Program-made: the position numbers and the translations under genes
Origin: Clostridia bacterium
GTDB taxonomy: Bacteria > Bacillota > Clostridia > Christensenellales > SZUA-584
Direction of reading: 5' to 3'
DNA: 64,000 bases
Assembly (NCBI GenBank): GCA_003249555.1
Contig: QKIQ01000017.1
Span: 5,937-69,936, forward strand
Shown here: positions 50,105 to 60,581 of the stretch, piece after piece
How positions within the stretch are numbered: the stretch's first letter is position 1
Layout of the letters: each line of letters opens with the position of its first letter
The notes under the pieces: generated by a model
Database searches by the model: none
Told to the model about the DNA's origin: nothing
The model's input: only the letters and a program-made list of their open reading frames with translations

Positions 50105-52333
50105 ATGTACGCAAAGGTCATTATCGATATTATTCATTCGGAAGTGGACAGAGTGTTTGAATACCTCGTTCCTGATGATATGACGATTCATGTGGGTTTT
50201 CGAGTTCACGTTCCGTTCGGACGGGCCAACACGTTGCGTGAGGGCTATGTGATTGGCCTTTCTGAAAAATGTGAATACCAAGGTAAAAACATCAAAAGTA
50301 TTGTTAAGGTGCTGTCGGATTTTGCGGCACTCACAGCGGGGCAGATTAAGCTCGCGGGCATTATGCGCCGATATTATCATACCACCTTGGCATTGGCTTT
50401 ACGGCTGATGTTTCCGGCGGAAATGCGCGGCGGTCGCATAGGCGACAGACTGGAGCGCGAACTCGTATTTTCTTTAGATGAAGAAGCGTTTGAAGAAGCC
50501 ATAAGCTCTCTAAAAACTGTAACCGGCAAGCCGAAAGCTCCCAAACAGCTTGAAATACTGGAGACCATGCGTCGTTACGGCTCATTGAAAACGGCGGCGC
50601 TTGAGGAGCTTATTCCCGGCAGCGCGTCCGCGCGAGATACGCTCGTGAAAAAAGGCTTGCTTGAGATGCACACGGTGGAAACGCTGCGCAACCCGCGAAA
50701 AACAGCAGAGCGCGAGAAGGACTTTGATCTTACCGAGGATCAGCTCAAGGCGGCAAACACCATTCTTTCCGTGACAGGTAAGTACCTGCTTCATGGCGTC
50801 ACCGGCAGCGGCAAAACGGAAGTCTATATCCATATCGTGCGTGATTGCTTAAAACGAGGCAAGAGCGCGATCGTATTGGTACCGGAAATATCGCTGACGC
50901 CACAGCTCGTAGCCATGTTTGAAAGGCGCATCGGGCAGGAGATCGCGGTGTATCACTCTACACTCACAGCGGGAGAACGCTATGACGAATGGAAACGCAT
51001 GGCGACAGGACATGCAAAGGTGGTGATCGGGGCACGTTCGGCGGTGTTTGCGCCTCTTAATAACATTGGTGTCATTATCATCGACGAAGAACACGAATCC
51101 AGCTACAAATCGGATATGCACCCCAAATATACAGCGCACGAAGTGGCACGTATGCGCGCCAATATAGAAAAAGCGTCACTCGTTCTTGCATCGGCCACGC
51201 CTTCCGTGGAAAGCTATATCAAGGCAAAAAACAACATTTATCAGATCGTACAGATGCCAAAGCGTTTATTTGGGCTTAAGCTGCCCGCCGTGGAAATCGT
51301 CGATATGCGCGAAGAAGTGGTTCGCGGAAACAGAACCATTTTTTCCGGTCTTTTGTATAACGAAATCAGCAACGCACTGGATAATCACCGACAGGTGATG
51401 CTGTTTATCAACAGGCGCGGTTATTCCACGTTTGTTATGTGCCGAGGCTGCGGGTTTGTGGAATATTGCGACAATTGCGAAGTCACAATGACTTATCACG
51501 CAAGCCGCGGCTTACTTATGTGCCACTACTGCGGGCGCACAAAACGGTTAAGAGACGTATGTCCTGCGTGCGGCAAGCCGTATCTTAAGCACTACGGCAT
51601 TGGCACTCAGCAGGTGGAAGAACAAACAAGAGCGCGGTTCCCAAAGGCGCGTGTGCTGCGAATGGACCTTGATACAACGCGTGGCAAAGACGCGCATTTA
51701 AAAATATACGAGCAGTTTAAAAGCGGCGCGGCCGATATACTTATCGGAACCCAAATGATCGCCAAAGGGCTGGATTTCGCGCGTGTGTCACTCGTGGGCG
51801 TGGTGGCTGCTGATAATTCTCTTTATATTCCTGATTATCGCAGTCCGGAAAAAACATTTGAGCTGTTAGAGCAGGTGGCGGGGCGCGCGGGCCGAAAAGA
51901 TCCGGGTAAGGTGATTGTCCAAACTTATTCACCCGACCATTACGCAATTGACTTTGCAAAAAAGCACGACTATGAAGGCTTTTTTGAAGAAGAGATGAAT
52001 GTGCGGCGTGCGGCGCTGCTTCCGCCGTATTCCGTGTTCTTCCGGTTCGTTTTCACAGGAAAAAAAGAAAGCGCTGTAAAAGATGCGTGCCTTGATTTTG
52101 AGAAAGGGTTTCGAGAAGCTTTTTCAGATATTTTTGACAAGCTGCTGATGTTTGATTGCGGAGAAGCGCCCATTAAAAAAATACAGGGGCACACACGCTG
52201 GCAGGTGCTCGTCAAAGTGCTTAATGACTCCGAGCTTGCACAGTTCAGAAAAAGATTATATATTTATACAGATACGAAGCAGTATAAAAACTGCGCGTAC
52301 GGAATGGAAATTAATCCGCAGAGTATGATATAG
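50105..52333 (+). CDS. priA: Primosomal protein N' (replication restart helicase PriA)
   Basis: HGVTGSGKTEVY, IIIDEEH, Cys-rich zinc region C.GCG....C..C......H......C.YCG, GTQM.AKG. Confidence 0.93.
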   Translation: MYAKVIIDIIHSEVDRVFEYLVPDDMTIHVGFRVHVPFGRANTLREGYVIGLSEKCEYQGKNIKSIVKVLSDFAALTAGQIKLAGIMRRYYHTTLALALRLMFPAEMRGGRIGDRLERELVFSLDEEAFEEAISSLKTVTGKPKAPKQLEILETMRRYGSLKTAALEELIPGSASARDTLVKKGLLEMHTVETLRNPRKTAEREKDFDLTEDQLKAANTILSVTGKYLLHGVTGSGKTEVYIHIVRDCLKRGKSAIVLVPEISLTPQLVAMFERRIGQEIAVYHSTLTAGERYDEWKRMATGHAKVVIGARSAVFAPLNNIGVIIIDEEHESSYKSDMHPKYTAHEVARMRANIEKASLVLASATPSVESYIKAKNNIYQIVQMPKRLFGLKLPAVEIVDMREEVVRGNRTIFSGLLYNEISNALDNHRQVMLFINRRGYSTFVMCRGCGFVEYCDNCEVTMTYHASRGLLMCHYCGRTKRLRDVCPACGKPYLKHYGIGTQQVEEQTRARFPKARVLRMDLDTTRGKDAHLKIYEQFKSGAADILIGTQMIAKGLDFARVSLVGVVAADNSLYIPDYRSPEKTFELLEQVAGRAGRKDPGKVIVQTYSPDHYAIDFAKKHDYEGFFEEEMNVRRAALLPPYSVFFRFVFTGKKESAVKDACLDFEKGFREAFSDIFDKLLMFDCGEAPIKKIQGHTRWQVLVKVLNDSELAQFRKRLYIYTDTKQYKNCAYGMEINPQSMI

Positions 52334-52346
52334 GGAGAGAAGATAT

Positions 52347-52811
52347 ATGGCAATCAGAAATATCGTGACGGGAACTGACAACCCGGCGTTGAGAAAAATA
52401 TCAAGAGAAGTCATAAGCATTAACAAGCATATATTAACGTTGCTTGACGATATGAAAGAAACACTCAGTGTAGAGGATGGGGTCGGGCTTGCCGCACCGC
52501 AGGTCGGTGTGCTGCGCCGTATTGCCATTGTCGATTTTGATGAAAAATACTATGAGCTTATTAATCCAAGGATACTTTATGCATCCGGAGAAGCGGTTGA
52601 AGAGGAAGGGTGTCTATCGGTGGTCGGCGTGAGGGGGCGTGTAAGGCGTCCTGACAAGTTAACCGTTGCTTATGAAGACAGAAACGGTAAAAAGCAAAGT
52701 ATTGAAGTCACAGATATAATAGCACGCATATTCTGCCATGAAATCGACCATCTGGACGGCATTTTGTTTGTGGATAAAATGATTGAAGAGCAAGAAGAAA
52801 AAGGAGAATAA
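52347..52811 (+). CDS. def: Peptide deformylase, copy 1
   Basis: GVGLAAPQVG, EEGCLSV, HEIDHLDG. All three catalytic motifs are present. The Pro after EGCLS. is replaced (VVG instead of LPD/PG). Confidence 0.9.
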   Translation: MAIRNIVTGTDNPALRKISREVISINKHILTLLDDMKETLSVEDGVGLAAPQVGVLRRIAIVDFDEKYYELINPRILYASGEAVEEEGCLSVVGVRGRVRRPDKLTVAYEDRNGKKQSIEVTDIIARIFCHEIDHLDGILFVDKMIEEQEEKGE

Positions 52812-52814
52812 GGT

Positions 52815-53267
52815 TTGGCAATAAGAGACGTGGTAACGGGTGAAGATAACGAAGCATTAAGAAAGGTTTCACGCGAGGTCAAAAACATCAATCAGCATAT
52901 TTTGACGCTGCTTGACGACATGAAAGAAACGCTTTTTGTGGAAGACGGCGGAGGTCTTGCCGCCCCGCAGGTCGGTGTGTTGCGCCGTATCGCGGTGATC
53001 AGCTATGATGATAAATATTACGAAATTATCAATCCGAATATTTTGAGTGAATCAGGTGAGTCGATTGACGATGAAGGCTGCCTTTCGCTTCCTGATATTT
53101 GGGGGCCTGTTATACGCCCTGAAACAATCAGGGTTTCCTATCTTGACAGAAACGGCGAAGAGCATGAAATCGAGGCCACAGGCATGCTGGCACGGATTTT
53201 CTGTCATGAAATTGATCATCTGAACGGTGTCCTTTTTGTTGATAAAATGCTCGAGGAGGACGAATGA
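52815..53267 (+). CDS. def: Peptide deformylase, copy 2
   Basis: GGGLAAPQVG, DEGCLSLPD, HEIDHLNG. TTG start 3 nt after the copy 1 stop. About 70% identical to copy 1 by my manual alignment. Confidence 0.9.
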   Translation: MAIRDVVTGEDNEALRKVSREVKNINQHILTLLDDMKETLFVEDGGGLAAPQVGVLRRIAVISYDDKYYEIINPNILSESGESIDDEGCLSLPDIWGPVIRPETIRVSYLDRNGEEHEIEATGMLARIFCHEIDHLNGVLFVDKMLEEDE

Positions 53268-54187
53268 AGCTTGTCTTTATGGGAACGCCGCAGTTTGCCG
53301 TGCCCAGCCTTGAAAAGCTGATACACAGCGGTTATGACATTGCCGCTGTGGTAACTCAGCCGGACCGAAAGAGTGGCCGCGGTCATAAGCTGTTGCCGCC
53401 TCCTGTCAAAGTGCTGGCTGAGCAAAACGGCATACCGGTAATACAGTTTGAAAAAATCAAATCGTCTGAGGGTGTGGCTGCCTTAAAGGCGCTTACGCCT
53501 GATGTGATCGTCACGGCTGCTTTTGGTCAGATACTTTCCAAGGAAATACTCGATATTCCGCCGTTTGGCTGTCTTAACGTTCATGCATCATTGCTGCCTC
53601 AATACCGCGGTGCCGCGCCGATACAGTGGGCCATTATGAAGGGTGAAACCCATACAGGCGTCACCATTATGTATATGAACGAAGGTCTGGACACCGGCGA
53701 TATTATCTCAGCTGATGCCGTAGCTATCTCCGAACACATGACCGGCGGAGAGCTATATGATCTGCTTGCGAAGCTTGGAGCCGAACTGCTCATTAAAACA
53801 ATAAAGAACATTCAAAGAGGTGAAACCAAGCGCATCGCACAGGATGAGACGCAGTCCAGCTACTTTCCGCCGCTCTCTAAAGCTCTAGCCGAAATTGACT
53901 GGACAAAGCCCGCACAAGACATTCACAACCTGGTACGTGCGCTAAATCCCATCATGGGTGGTATTGCGCATATGAAAGGTGACACAATAAAAATCTGGCG
54001 GACGACAGTTGAAACAGGCAGCGCCCAGCCGGGGTGGCTTGTTTATGCGGATACAAAAAATGGCCTAGTGGTCGGCACGGGCGACGGACTGCTCCGCATT
54101 GAGGAACTGCAAACGCCCGGAGGCAAACGCATGTTTACAAATGACTATCTAAGAGGCAAAAAACTCCCGGGGAGCCGTTTCGAATGA
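53264..54187 (+). CDS. fmt: Methionyl-tRNA formyltransferase
   Basis: FMGTP.FAVP.L..L, VVTQPD, N.HASLLP.YRGAAPIQ. Confidence 0.95.
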   Translation: MKLVFMGTPQFAVPSLEKLIHSGYDIAAVVTQPDRKSGRGHKLLPPPVKVLAEQNGIPVIQFEKIKSSEGVAALKALTPDVIVTAAFGQILSKEILDIPPFGCLNVHASLLPQYRGAAPIQWAIMKGETHTGVTIMYMNEGLDTGDIISADAVAISEHMTGGELYDLLAKLGAELLIKTIKNIQRGETKRIAQDETQSSYFPPLSKALAEIDWTKPAQDIHNLVRALNPIMGGIAHMKGDTIKIWRTTVETGSAQPGWLVYADTKNGLVVGTGDGLLRIEELQTPGGKRMFTNDYLRGKKLPGSRFE

Positions 54188-55449
54188 ATGCGCGAGAAGC
54201 CGCATACAATGCGCTCGTTGCCATTCTTCGCGAAGGTGCTTATACATCTCTTGCGCTTAAGAAACATATTCCATCGTCTTTTTCAATAGAGGACAGGCAT
54301 TTTGTATCACTGCTTTTAAGGACAACGCTGGAGAATTTGATACGCATTGATTATGCGCTAAAAGGTTTCATCAAGTCGGGGCGTGTTCACACAAGTGTGC
54401 GCAATATATTGAGGCTGGGCGCTTGCCAGCTTCTTTTTATGGACACGCAGGGATACGCCGCGGTCAACGAAAGCGTGGGCCTTACAAAGAAGATAAAACC
54501 CCCATTGGCCGGATTTGTCAACGCCGTGCTGCGTGCACTGGATAAAGGAAAACATCATATCGAGTATCCCAAGGGCAAAGATTCTGAGTCGTTGAGCGTG
54601 AATGCCAGCTATCCCGAATGGATATGCGAAAAATATATCTCGGATTTTGGATGGGGTTTTGCAAAAGACTTGCTGACATACAAAGCGCCCGCAACCACCA
54701 ACGTACGCATGAATACGCTAAAAACGGATACGGCATCGTTTCTTGCAGAAATGCACTCACTTGGCTTTCAAACAAACGAAGGAAGCATTCCAGATGCCTA
54801 TGCCGTCTCAGGGCTAACCGATATTGAGAACATTGATGTGTTCAAAGAGGGGAGAATCGCCATCCAGTCCCAAAGCGCAATGCGGGCTGTGTTGGCGATG
54901 GATGTGAAAAAAGGCGCTAAACTGTTGGACTGCTGTGCCGCGCCCGGAGGCAAAAGCGCATACTTAGCTTCGCTCACTGAAAATGAAACAAAGATTACCG
55001 CATGGGACATCCATGAGCACAGGGTGGACATGATGCAAAAGAATTTTGAACGCCTTGGCGTCGCTCATGCAATGGCTGATATCCATGACGCCTGTGAGTT
55101 TGAGCCTGCACTGGAAAAGCAGTTTGACGTTGTTCTGGTGGATGCACCTTGCAGCGCTATGGGGCTCATGGCACATCATCCCGATATCCGCTATACGCGA
55201 AAACCCGAAGACATAGAAAGTTTAAGCCATTTACAGTTGGAAATACTGTCTGTAAGCGCACGTTACGTAAAACCTGGCGGAACGCTCGCATATATGACCT
55301 GTTCAATAAACAAAGAAGAGAATGAGAACATCACGGATGCTTTTTTAAGCAGTTCAGGGGTATTTGCTTACAGCAGGCCTCCTGAGACACTATACCCGCA
55401 TCTATGCGGGTCAGACGGCTTTTATTTTGCCATAATGAGGAGACAATGA
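54184..55449 (+). CDS. rsmB: 16S rRNA (cytosine967-C5)-methyltransferase RsmB/Sun
   Basis: NusB-like N-terminal domain, then D.CAAPGGK, D.PCS..G, Y.TCS. Confidence 0.9.
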   Translation: MNAREAAYNALVAILREGAYTSLALKKHIPSSFSIEDRHFVSLLLRTTLENLIRIDYALKGFIKSGRVHTSVRNILRLGACQLLFMDTQGYAAVNESVGLTKKIKPPLAGFVNAVLRALDKGKHHIEYPKGKDSESLSVNASYPEWICEKYISDFGWGFAKDLLTYKAPATTNVRMNTLKTDTASFLAEMHSLGFQTNEGSIPDAYAVSGLTDIENIDVFKEGRIAIQSQSAMRAVLAMDVKKGAKLLDCCAAPGGKSAYLASLTENETKITAWDIHEHRVDMMQKNFERLGVAHAMADIHDACEFEPALEKQFDVVLVDAPCSAMGLMAHHPDIRYTRKPEDIESLSHLQLEILSVSARYVKPGGTLAYMTCSINKEENENITDAFLSSSGVFAYSRPPETLYPHLCGSDGFYFAIMRRQ

Positions 55450-56489
55450 TCGATCTTATATCACTTGATACATCACAACTGGAAAATAGTCTCGTTGAGC
55501 TTGGCGAGAAAAAGTTTGCCGCCAAACAAATAAGATTGTGGTTGTGCAAGGGCGTGCCTTTTGAAGAAATGACGAACCTGTCAAAATCGCTGCGCACCAA
55601 GCTGAGGGAGAACTTTAATGAAGGTTACGCGAAAATATCGCAAAAGCACACATCTATGGATGGCACAGTCAAGTATCTGCTTGAATTGACTGACGGCAAT
55701 TTGATTGAGTGCGTGGTGATGCAATATCATCACGGTCACACGCTTTGTGTATCCACGCAGGTTGGATGCCGCATGGGCTGTTCGTTCTGTGCGTCGGGCA
55801 TCGAGGGCTTAATTCGTCAATTAACCGCAGGGGAGATGCTTTCAGAACTGATCGCCGCGCGAGAAAGCGGCGAAATTAACAATGTGGTACTTATGGGCAG
55901 CGGCGAACCGCTGGATAACTATGATAATGTGACAGAATTTATTCGTGCCATGCAGTCTGAATTCGGTATCGGCATGCGTCATATTTCGCTATCTACCTGC
56001 GGCCTTGTTCCCGGGATATTAAAGCTCGCCGAAGAAAAGCTCCCCATAACGCTTTGTTTATCTTTGCATTCAGCCATCGATGAAAAACGCAAGAAACTGA
56101 TGCCTATCGCAAAAACGTATACAATCAATGAAATCATTGAAGCGGCAAAAGTCTACTTTAAAAATACGGGACGCCGCATTATAATAGAATATACATTGAT
56201 TCGAGGCTTTAACGACGGTCAGGAAGATATCGAGGCTTTAAAACGGGTTTTACGCGGTCTTGCCTGCCATATCAATGTAATCCCACTTAACGCTGCTTCT
56301 AAAAACATGGATTCCCCACAATCCATTAGCGAGATAGCGGACAGTTTTCAGCCGCCGTCAAAAAAAGAAAGCTATACTTTTACCGCCGCGCTTGAACGGA
56401 GCGGTCTCAGCGCAACCGTCAGACGGGCGCTGGGCAGTGATATTGAAGGGGCATGCGGACAATTGAAACGAAGAGTGAGAGAAAAATGA
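55446..56489 (+). CDS. rlmN: 23S rRNA/tRNA (adenine-C2)-methyltransferase RlmN (radical SAM)
   Basis: F.AKQI..W, CVSTQVGC.MGC.FCASG, MG.GEPL.N, SLH, N.IP.N, GACGQL. ATGA overlap with rsmB. Confidence 0.93.
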   Translation: MIDLISLDTSQLENSLVELGEKKFAAKQIRLWLCKGVPFEEMTNLSKSLRTKLRENFNEGYAKISQKHTSMDGTVKYLLELTDGNLIECVVMQYHHGHTLCVSTQVGCRMGCSFCASGIEGLIRQLTAGEMLSELIAARESGEINNVVLMGSGEPLDNYDNVTEFIRAMQSEFGIGMRHISLSTCGLVPGILKLAEEKLPITLCLSLHSAIDEKRKKLMPIAKTYTINEIIEAAKVYFKNTGRRIIIEYTLIRGFNDGQEDIEALKRVLRGLACHINVIPLNAASKNMDSPQSISEIADSFQPPSKKESYTFTAALERSGLSATVRRALGSDIEGACGQLKRRVREK

Positions 56490-57211
56490 TATACTACGCC
56501 AAAACACATAAGGGCAATGTCAGAAAACTCAATGAAGACGCTGTGTATATTCCAGAAGACAGCATGGAGTTCTTTGCGATACTCGCGGACGGCATGGGCG
56601 GACACAACGCGGGTGATGTGGCCAGCAGTCTCGTGGTCAACACAGTGAAAGCATTTTTTAATGATATTGATCCCGCGTCTATTAACGAAAGCAGTGTAAA
56701 GGGCGCGCTTTACCGCGCAAATGAGTTTATATGGAATGAATCCTGTGCGAACGCAAACCGAAACGGAATGGGTTCAACGGCAACAGTTGCCGTATTTTCC
56801 GGCAACTATGCATATATCGGCCAGGTGGGGGATTCACGCGCATATCTTTTAAGAGATAGCGTCCTTTCACAGATCACAAAGGATCATTCTTATGTCCAGC
56901 TTCTTATAGACCGTGGTTTTATTACGAAGGATGACGCCACAAGGCATCCACAAAAAAACATTATCACGCGCGCGGTGGGCACAGAATGCGATATAGAAGT
57001 GGATACCTTTGTTGTCGAGCTTAAAGAAAACGACGTGATATTACTCTGTTCAGACGGTCTTAATAACGCGGTACCTGATAATGATATCGCAAGGCTGTTG
57101 TCAGATGATTTGTCTTTGGCCGCAGACAGACTGATACAGGCATCGCTTGACAATGGCGGTACAGATAATATCAGCGTCATCATTGCCGTTGTGAACGGAG
57201 GTGCGCAATGA
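56486..57211 (+). CDS. prpC: PP2C-family Ser/Thr phosphatase (Stp/PrpC)
   Basis: G..R..NED, .ADGMGGH.AG, MG.T, GDSR.Y, CSDGL, DN.... Confidence 0.9.
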   Translation: MIYYAKTHKGNVRKLNEDAVYIPEDSMEFFAILADGMGGHNAGDVASSLVVNTVKAFFNDIDPASINESSVKGALYRANEFIWNESCANANRNGMGSTATVAVFSGNYAYIGQVGDSRAYLLRDSVLSQITKDHSYVQLLIDRGFITKDDATRHPQKNIITRAVGTECDIEVDTFVVELKENDVILLCSDGLNNAVPDNDIARLLSDDLSLAADRLIQASLDNGGTDNISVIIAVVNGGAQ

Positions 57212-59058
57212 TCGGGCGCGTTCTTGGCGGCAGATATGAGGTTTTAGAGGCCATTGATTCGGGTGGAATGGCTTATGTGTATAAAGCGCATTGCCGCAAA
57301 ACCGATGATACTGTTGCTGTTAAGGTATTAAAGGACAAATTCTCGGGCAGTGCCGAGTATGTAAAAAGATTTAAAAAAGAAGCCGAAGCCGTTTTTTCAC
57401 TTGAGCACGAAAACATCGTTCATGTGAAAGATATTGGGTGCGATAACGGCACTTATTATATGGTTATGGAATATATACCCGGTTGCACGCTAAAAAAACT
57501 GATTGAACAAAGCAGTGCGATTCCCGAAAAAAACGCCATACTTTTTGCAATTCAGATATGCTCTGCTCTATCGGTTGCTCACAGACGCGGTATCATCCAT
57601 AGGGACATCAAGCCGCACAATATTCTACTGGACAATGATAAAAACGCCAAAGTCACAGACTTTGGTATTGCCAAAAGCTTGTCAACCTCTCAGGATGAAG
57701 AAAAAGAGGTTATTGGTTCGGTTTACTATGTGTCGCCGGAACAAGCACGCGGCGATAACGTGGATGCCCGAACAGACATCTATTCGCTGGGTATTTTGAT
57801 TTATGAGATGCTCACCGGCGTGTTGCCATATACGGGAGATCAAACCGTATCCGTTGCGCTTAAACACATTAACGAAAAAATTACACCACCCATCGAAAAA
57901 AATCCGGCGCTCAGCAAATCGGTTAATAATATCGTCCTTAAGGCAACGAGTAAAAACAAAAAAGACAGGTACCGGTCTATGGAAGCGTTTAAGGAGGACC
58001 TTGTTCACGCTCTTGTTGATCCCACCGGTGATTTTGTTGACTTGCGCGAAATCTATCAGACCAATGACACACCTGCAGTAAATAAACACAAATGGTGGAA
58101 GATAGGCGTGTTTATCGTTATAGCAGCGATTCTTGTCACTGTTGGAATCACTTTGGCATCAATACTTAGCAAGACAAACTCACAAAAACTCAGCATGCCC
58201 GACTTATCTGGAAAAGATGTCAATTCCGCTTCTCAAGTGCTTGGCAGCATAGGGCTTAATACACAAATTGTGTTTGAATCCAGTAAAACAGTAGACGAAG
58301 GTTTTGTTATTTTGCAAAATCCTCAAGCCGGTGCTTTAGTCATGAAGGACAATACTGTGACGCTGACGGTTTCAAGCGGTCCTTCGGCGCTGCTGATGCC
58401 TGATGTGACAGGACTTACACTTCAAGAAGCGACAGATACGATTGAAAGTATGGGGCTTATTCTTGTTAACGTCACTTATGAGTTCCAAAACGATTTTCCC
58501 GCAGGCAATGTCATATCACAAATGCCAGAGATGGACAGCGAGGTTTACGCTGGAAATGCTGTGGATTTCGTGGTATCGACAGATATTGAAGAAACCGTTG
58601 TTCCTATGCCAAAGGTCACAGAAATGACCATCGATCAAGCCGTATCCACGTTAAGCGAATATGGGTTCAGTCAATTTTATGTATTTGAACCCGAAAGTGA
58701 TTTGCCTGAAGGCACCGTGATAGATCAATTTCCCGCGCAGGGCATTCCCACATCATATAATGATGAAATTGACCTTTATATAAGTCCTGTTCAGCAGAAG
58801 GATTTCTACGCGCTGTTTTTGGATCAGGTCGATGTACCGGACAAAGAATCAAAGATTCGCATTGTCATCGTCACACAGCAAAACAACATTGTGATAAACT
58901 ATGTCGCAGGGGTCGATCAGGCTCCTAACAGCGGCGTCGTTCCCATTGAAAAGGATCTCGAATTTACGAGTGGAGGCACGAAACTGGTTAAGGTTTTTGT
59001 GAACAACATCGAAACAATTTCGCGTGAGGTGAATTTTGTCAAACGTGACTCAGAATAA
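57208..59058 (+). CDS. prkC: Ser/Thr protein kinase PrkC with three PASTA repeats
   Basis: Kinase motifs VAVK, HRDIKPHNILL, DFGIAK, SPEQA. One TM segment, then three P(D/K)(L/V).G PASTA-like units and a C-terminal domain. Confidence 0.92.
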   Translation: MIGRVLGGRYEVLEAIDSGGMAYVYKAHCRKTDDTVAVKVLKDKFSGSAEYVKRFKKEAEAVFSLEHENIVHVKDIGCDNGTYYMVMEYIPGCTLKKLIEQSSAIPEKNAILFAIQICSALSVAHRRGIIHRDIKPHNILLDNDKNAKVTDFGIAKSLSTSQDEEKEVIGSVYYVSPEQARGDNVDARTDIYSLGILIYEMLTGVLPYTGDQTVSVALKHINEKITPPIEKNPALSKSVNNIVLKATSKNKKDRYRSMEAFKEDLVHALVDPTGDFVDLREIYQTNDTPAVNKHKWWKIGVFIVIAAILVTVGITLASILSKTNSQKLSMPDLSGKDVNSASQVLGSIGLNTQIVFESSKTVDEGFVILQNPQAGALVMKDNTVTLTVSSGPSALLMPDVTGLTLQEATDTIESMGLILVNVTYEFQNDFPAGNVISQMPEMDSEVYAGNAVDFVVSTDIEETVVPMPKVTEMTIDQAVSTLSEYGFSQFYVFEPESDLPEGTVIDQFPAQGIPTSYNDEIDLYISPVQQKDFYALFLDQVDVPDKESKIRIVIVTQQNNIVINYVAGVDQAPNSGVVPIEKDLEFTSGGTKLVKVFVNNIETISREVNFVKRDSE

Positions 59059-59938
59059 AAAAGGAACGATATTAAAAGGCATCGGAGGATTCTACTATAT
59101 CCGCGATGATGAAGGCCTTATTCATGAATGCAAAGCGAGAGGCCGTTTTCGCAACGACAATGTGACTCCGATTCCGGGAGATCATGTTATTTTTTCGGCC
59201 AGCGAAGGCGTATACGGCTTTATTGAAGAAATATGCGAGCGGCGTAATGAGCTTTCTCGTCCGCGCGTTGCCAATATCAATCAGGTTGCTATCGTGATAT
59301 CCGTCTATAAACCGAAAGCCGACTGCCTGCTTTGCGACAAACTAATCATTCAAAGCAAAAAGGCGGATATGATTCCGCTTCTCGTTTTGAATAAATGTGA
59401 TGCCGCCGATGACAAGTCGATAAGCGCTATGCGAAACGAATATCAGAATGTCTGCACATGCGTCTGTGTATCTGCCTCAACCGGCGAAGGGCTTGACGAT
59501 TTAAAAAAACATCTGAAAGGCCTCAGCACATGCTTTGCGGGCCAATCTGCTGTTGGCAAATCATCAATACTCAATGCTCTTTTCCCGGGTCTCTCCCTGG
59601 AAACAGGAGGGCTTTCCAAGAAAACGGATAGAGGCCGTCACACCACACGACACGCGGAATTGCTTGTGATGGACGATATTTTTGGTATGGTGGTGGATAC
59701 GCCGGGCTTTTCGTTTCTGGAAAGTGCAGATTTGCAGCCTGAAGAGCTTAGTTTGTATTATGAAGACATGTCGCCGTTTGTTAATAATTGCCATTTCACG
59801 TCATGCACACATGCCCACGAGCCAAGGTGCGGCGTTAAGGATGCTGTTGCCAGCGGTTATATCAGTGAAGGACGGTATCAGCGATACCTGACGATATTAA
59901 AAGAACTAGAAGAAAAGAGGTTGCGAGAATATGATTAA
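59036..59938 (+). CDS. rsgA: Ribosome small-subunit-dependent GTPase A (RsgA/CpgA)
   Basis: G.I.K..GGFYY, LNK.D, GQS.VGKSS..NAL, zinc knuckle CHFTSCTHAHEPRC. TTG 59036 overlaps the prkC end by 23 nt. Confidence 0.9.
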   Translation: MSNVTQNKKGTILKGIGGFYYIRDDEGLIHECKARGRFRNDNVTPIPGDHVIFSASEGVYGFIEEICERRNELSRPRVANINQVAIVISVYKPKADCLLCDKLIIQSKKADMIPLLVLNKCDAADDKSISAMRNEYQNVCTCVCVSASTGEGLDDLKKHLKGLSTCFAGQSAVGKSSILNALFPGLSLETGGLSKKTDRGRHTTRHAELLVMDDIFGMVVDTPGFSFLESADLQPEELSLYYEDMSPFVNNCHFTSCTHAHEPRCGVKDAVASGYISEGRYQRYLTILKELEEKRLREYD

Positions 59939-60581
59939 AGTGTCGCCATCAATACTTTCAGCGGATTTTACAAAAATATATGAAGCTGTCAAGATGCTGG
60001 AAAATGCGGGTGCGGATTATATACACTGCGACGTCATGGACGGTAAATTCGTTCCCAATATTACTTTTGGACAGAAAATGGTCAGCGATCTGCGGCGGCA
60101 TACAAAACTGCCGCTCGATGTTCATTTGATGATTGTTGAGCCGGAAAGGTATGTAATGGAATTCGCCGAGGCAGGCGCGGATATCATTTCGGTGCATGTC
60201 GAAGCCACAATTCACCTTAACAGAACATTAAAGTTAATAAAAAGCGCCGGGAAAAAATGCTGCGTTTCACTCAACCCGCATACCCCGCTCAATGTACTGG
60301 ATTATATTCTTGAAGATATTGATATGGTTCTTTTGTCATCGGTCAATCCGGGCTTCGGCGGACAAAGCTTTATCCCGTATTCGATACGCAAAGCGCAGGA
60401 ACTCAAACAGATGATTGAATCACGCGGGCTTGCCGTCGATATCGAAATGGACGGGGGACTGGGCGCCCATAACGCCAAGCTCGTCACAGACGCGGGTGTC
60501 AATGTCATCGTAGCGGGCAATGCCGTGTTCTCAGCGGAGGATCCTAAAGACATAATAAGCCGTCTCAAACTGGAAAAATGA
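59931..60581 (+). CDS. rpe: Ribulose-phosphate 3-epimerase
   Basis: PSILSADF, HCDVMDG.FVPN.TFG, D.HLM, VNPGFGGQ.F. Confidence 0.95.
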   Translation: MIKVSPSILSADFTKIYEAVKMLENAGADYIHCDVMDGKFVPNITFGQKMVSDLRRHTKLPLDVHLMIVEPERYVMEFAEAGADIISVHVEATIHLNRTLKLIKSAGKKCCVSLNPHTPLNVLDYILEDIDMVLLSSVNPGFGGQSFIPYSIRKAQELKQMIESRGLAVDIEMDGGLGAHNAKLVTDAGVNVIVAGNAVFSAEDPKDIISRLKLEK

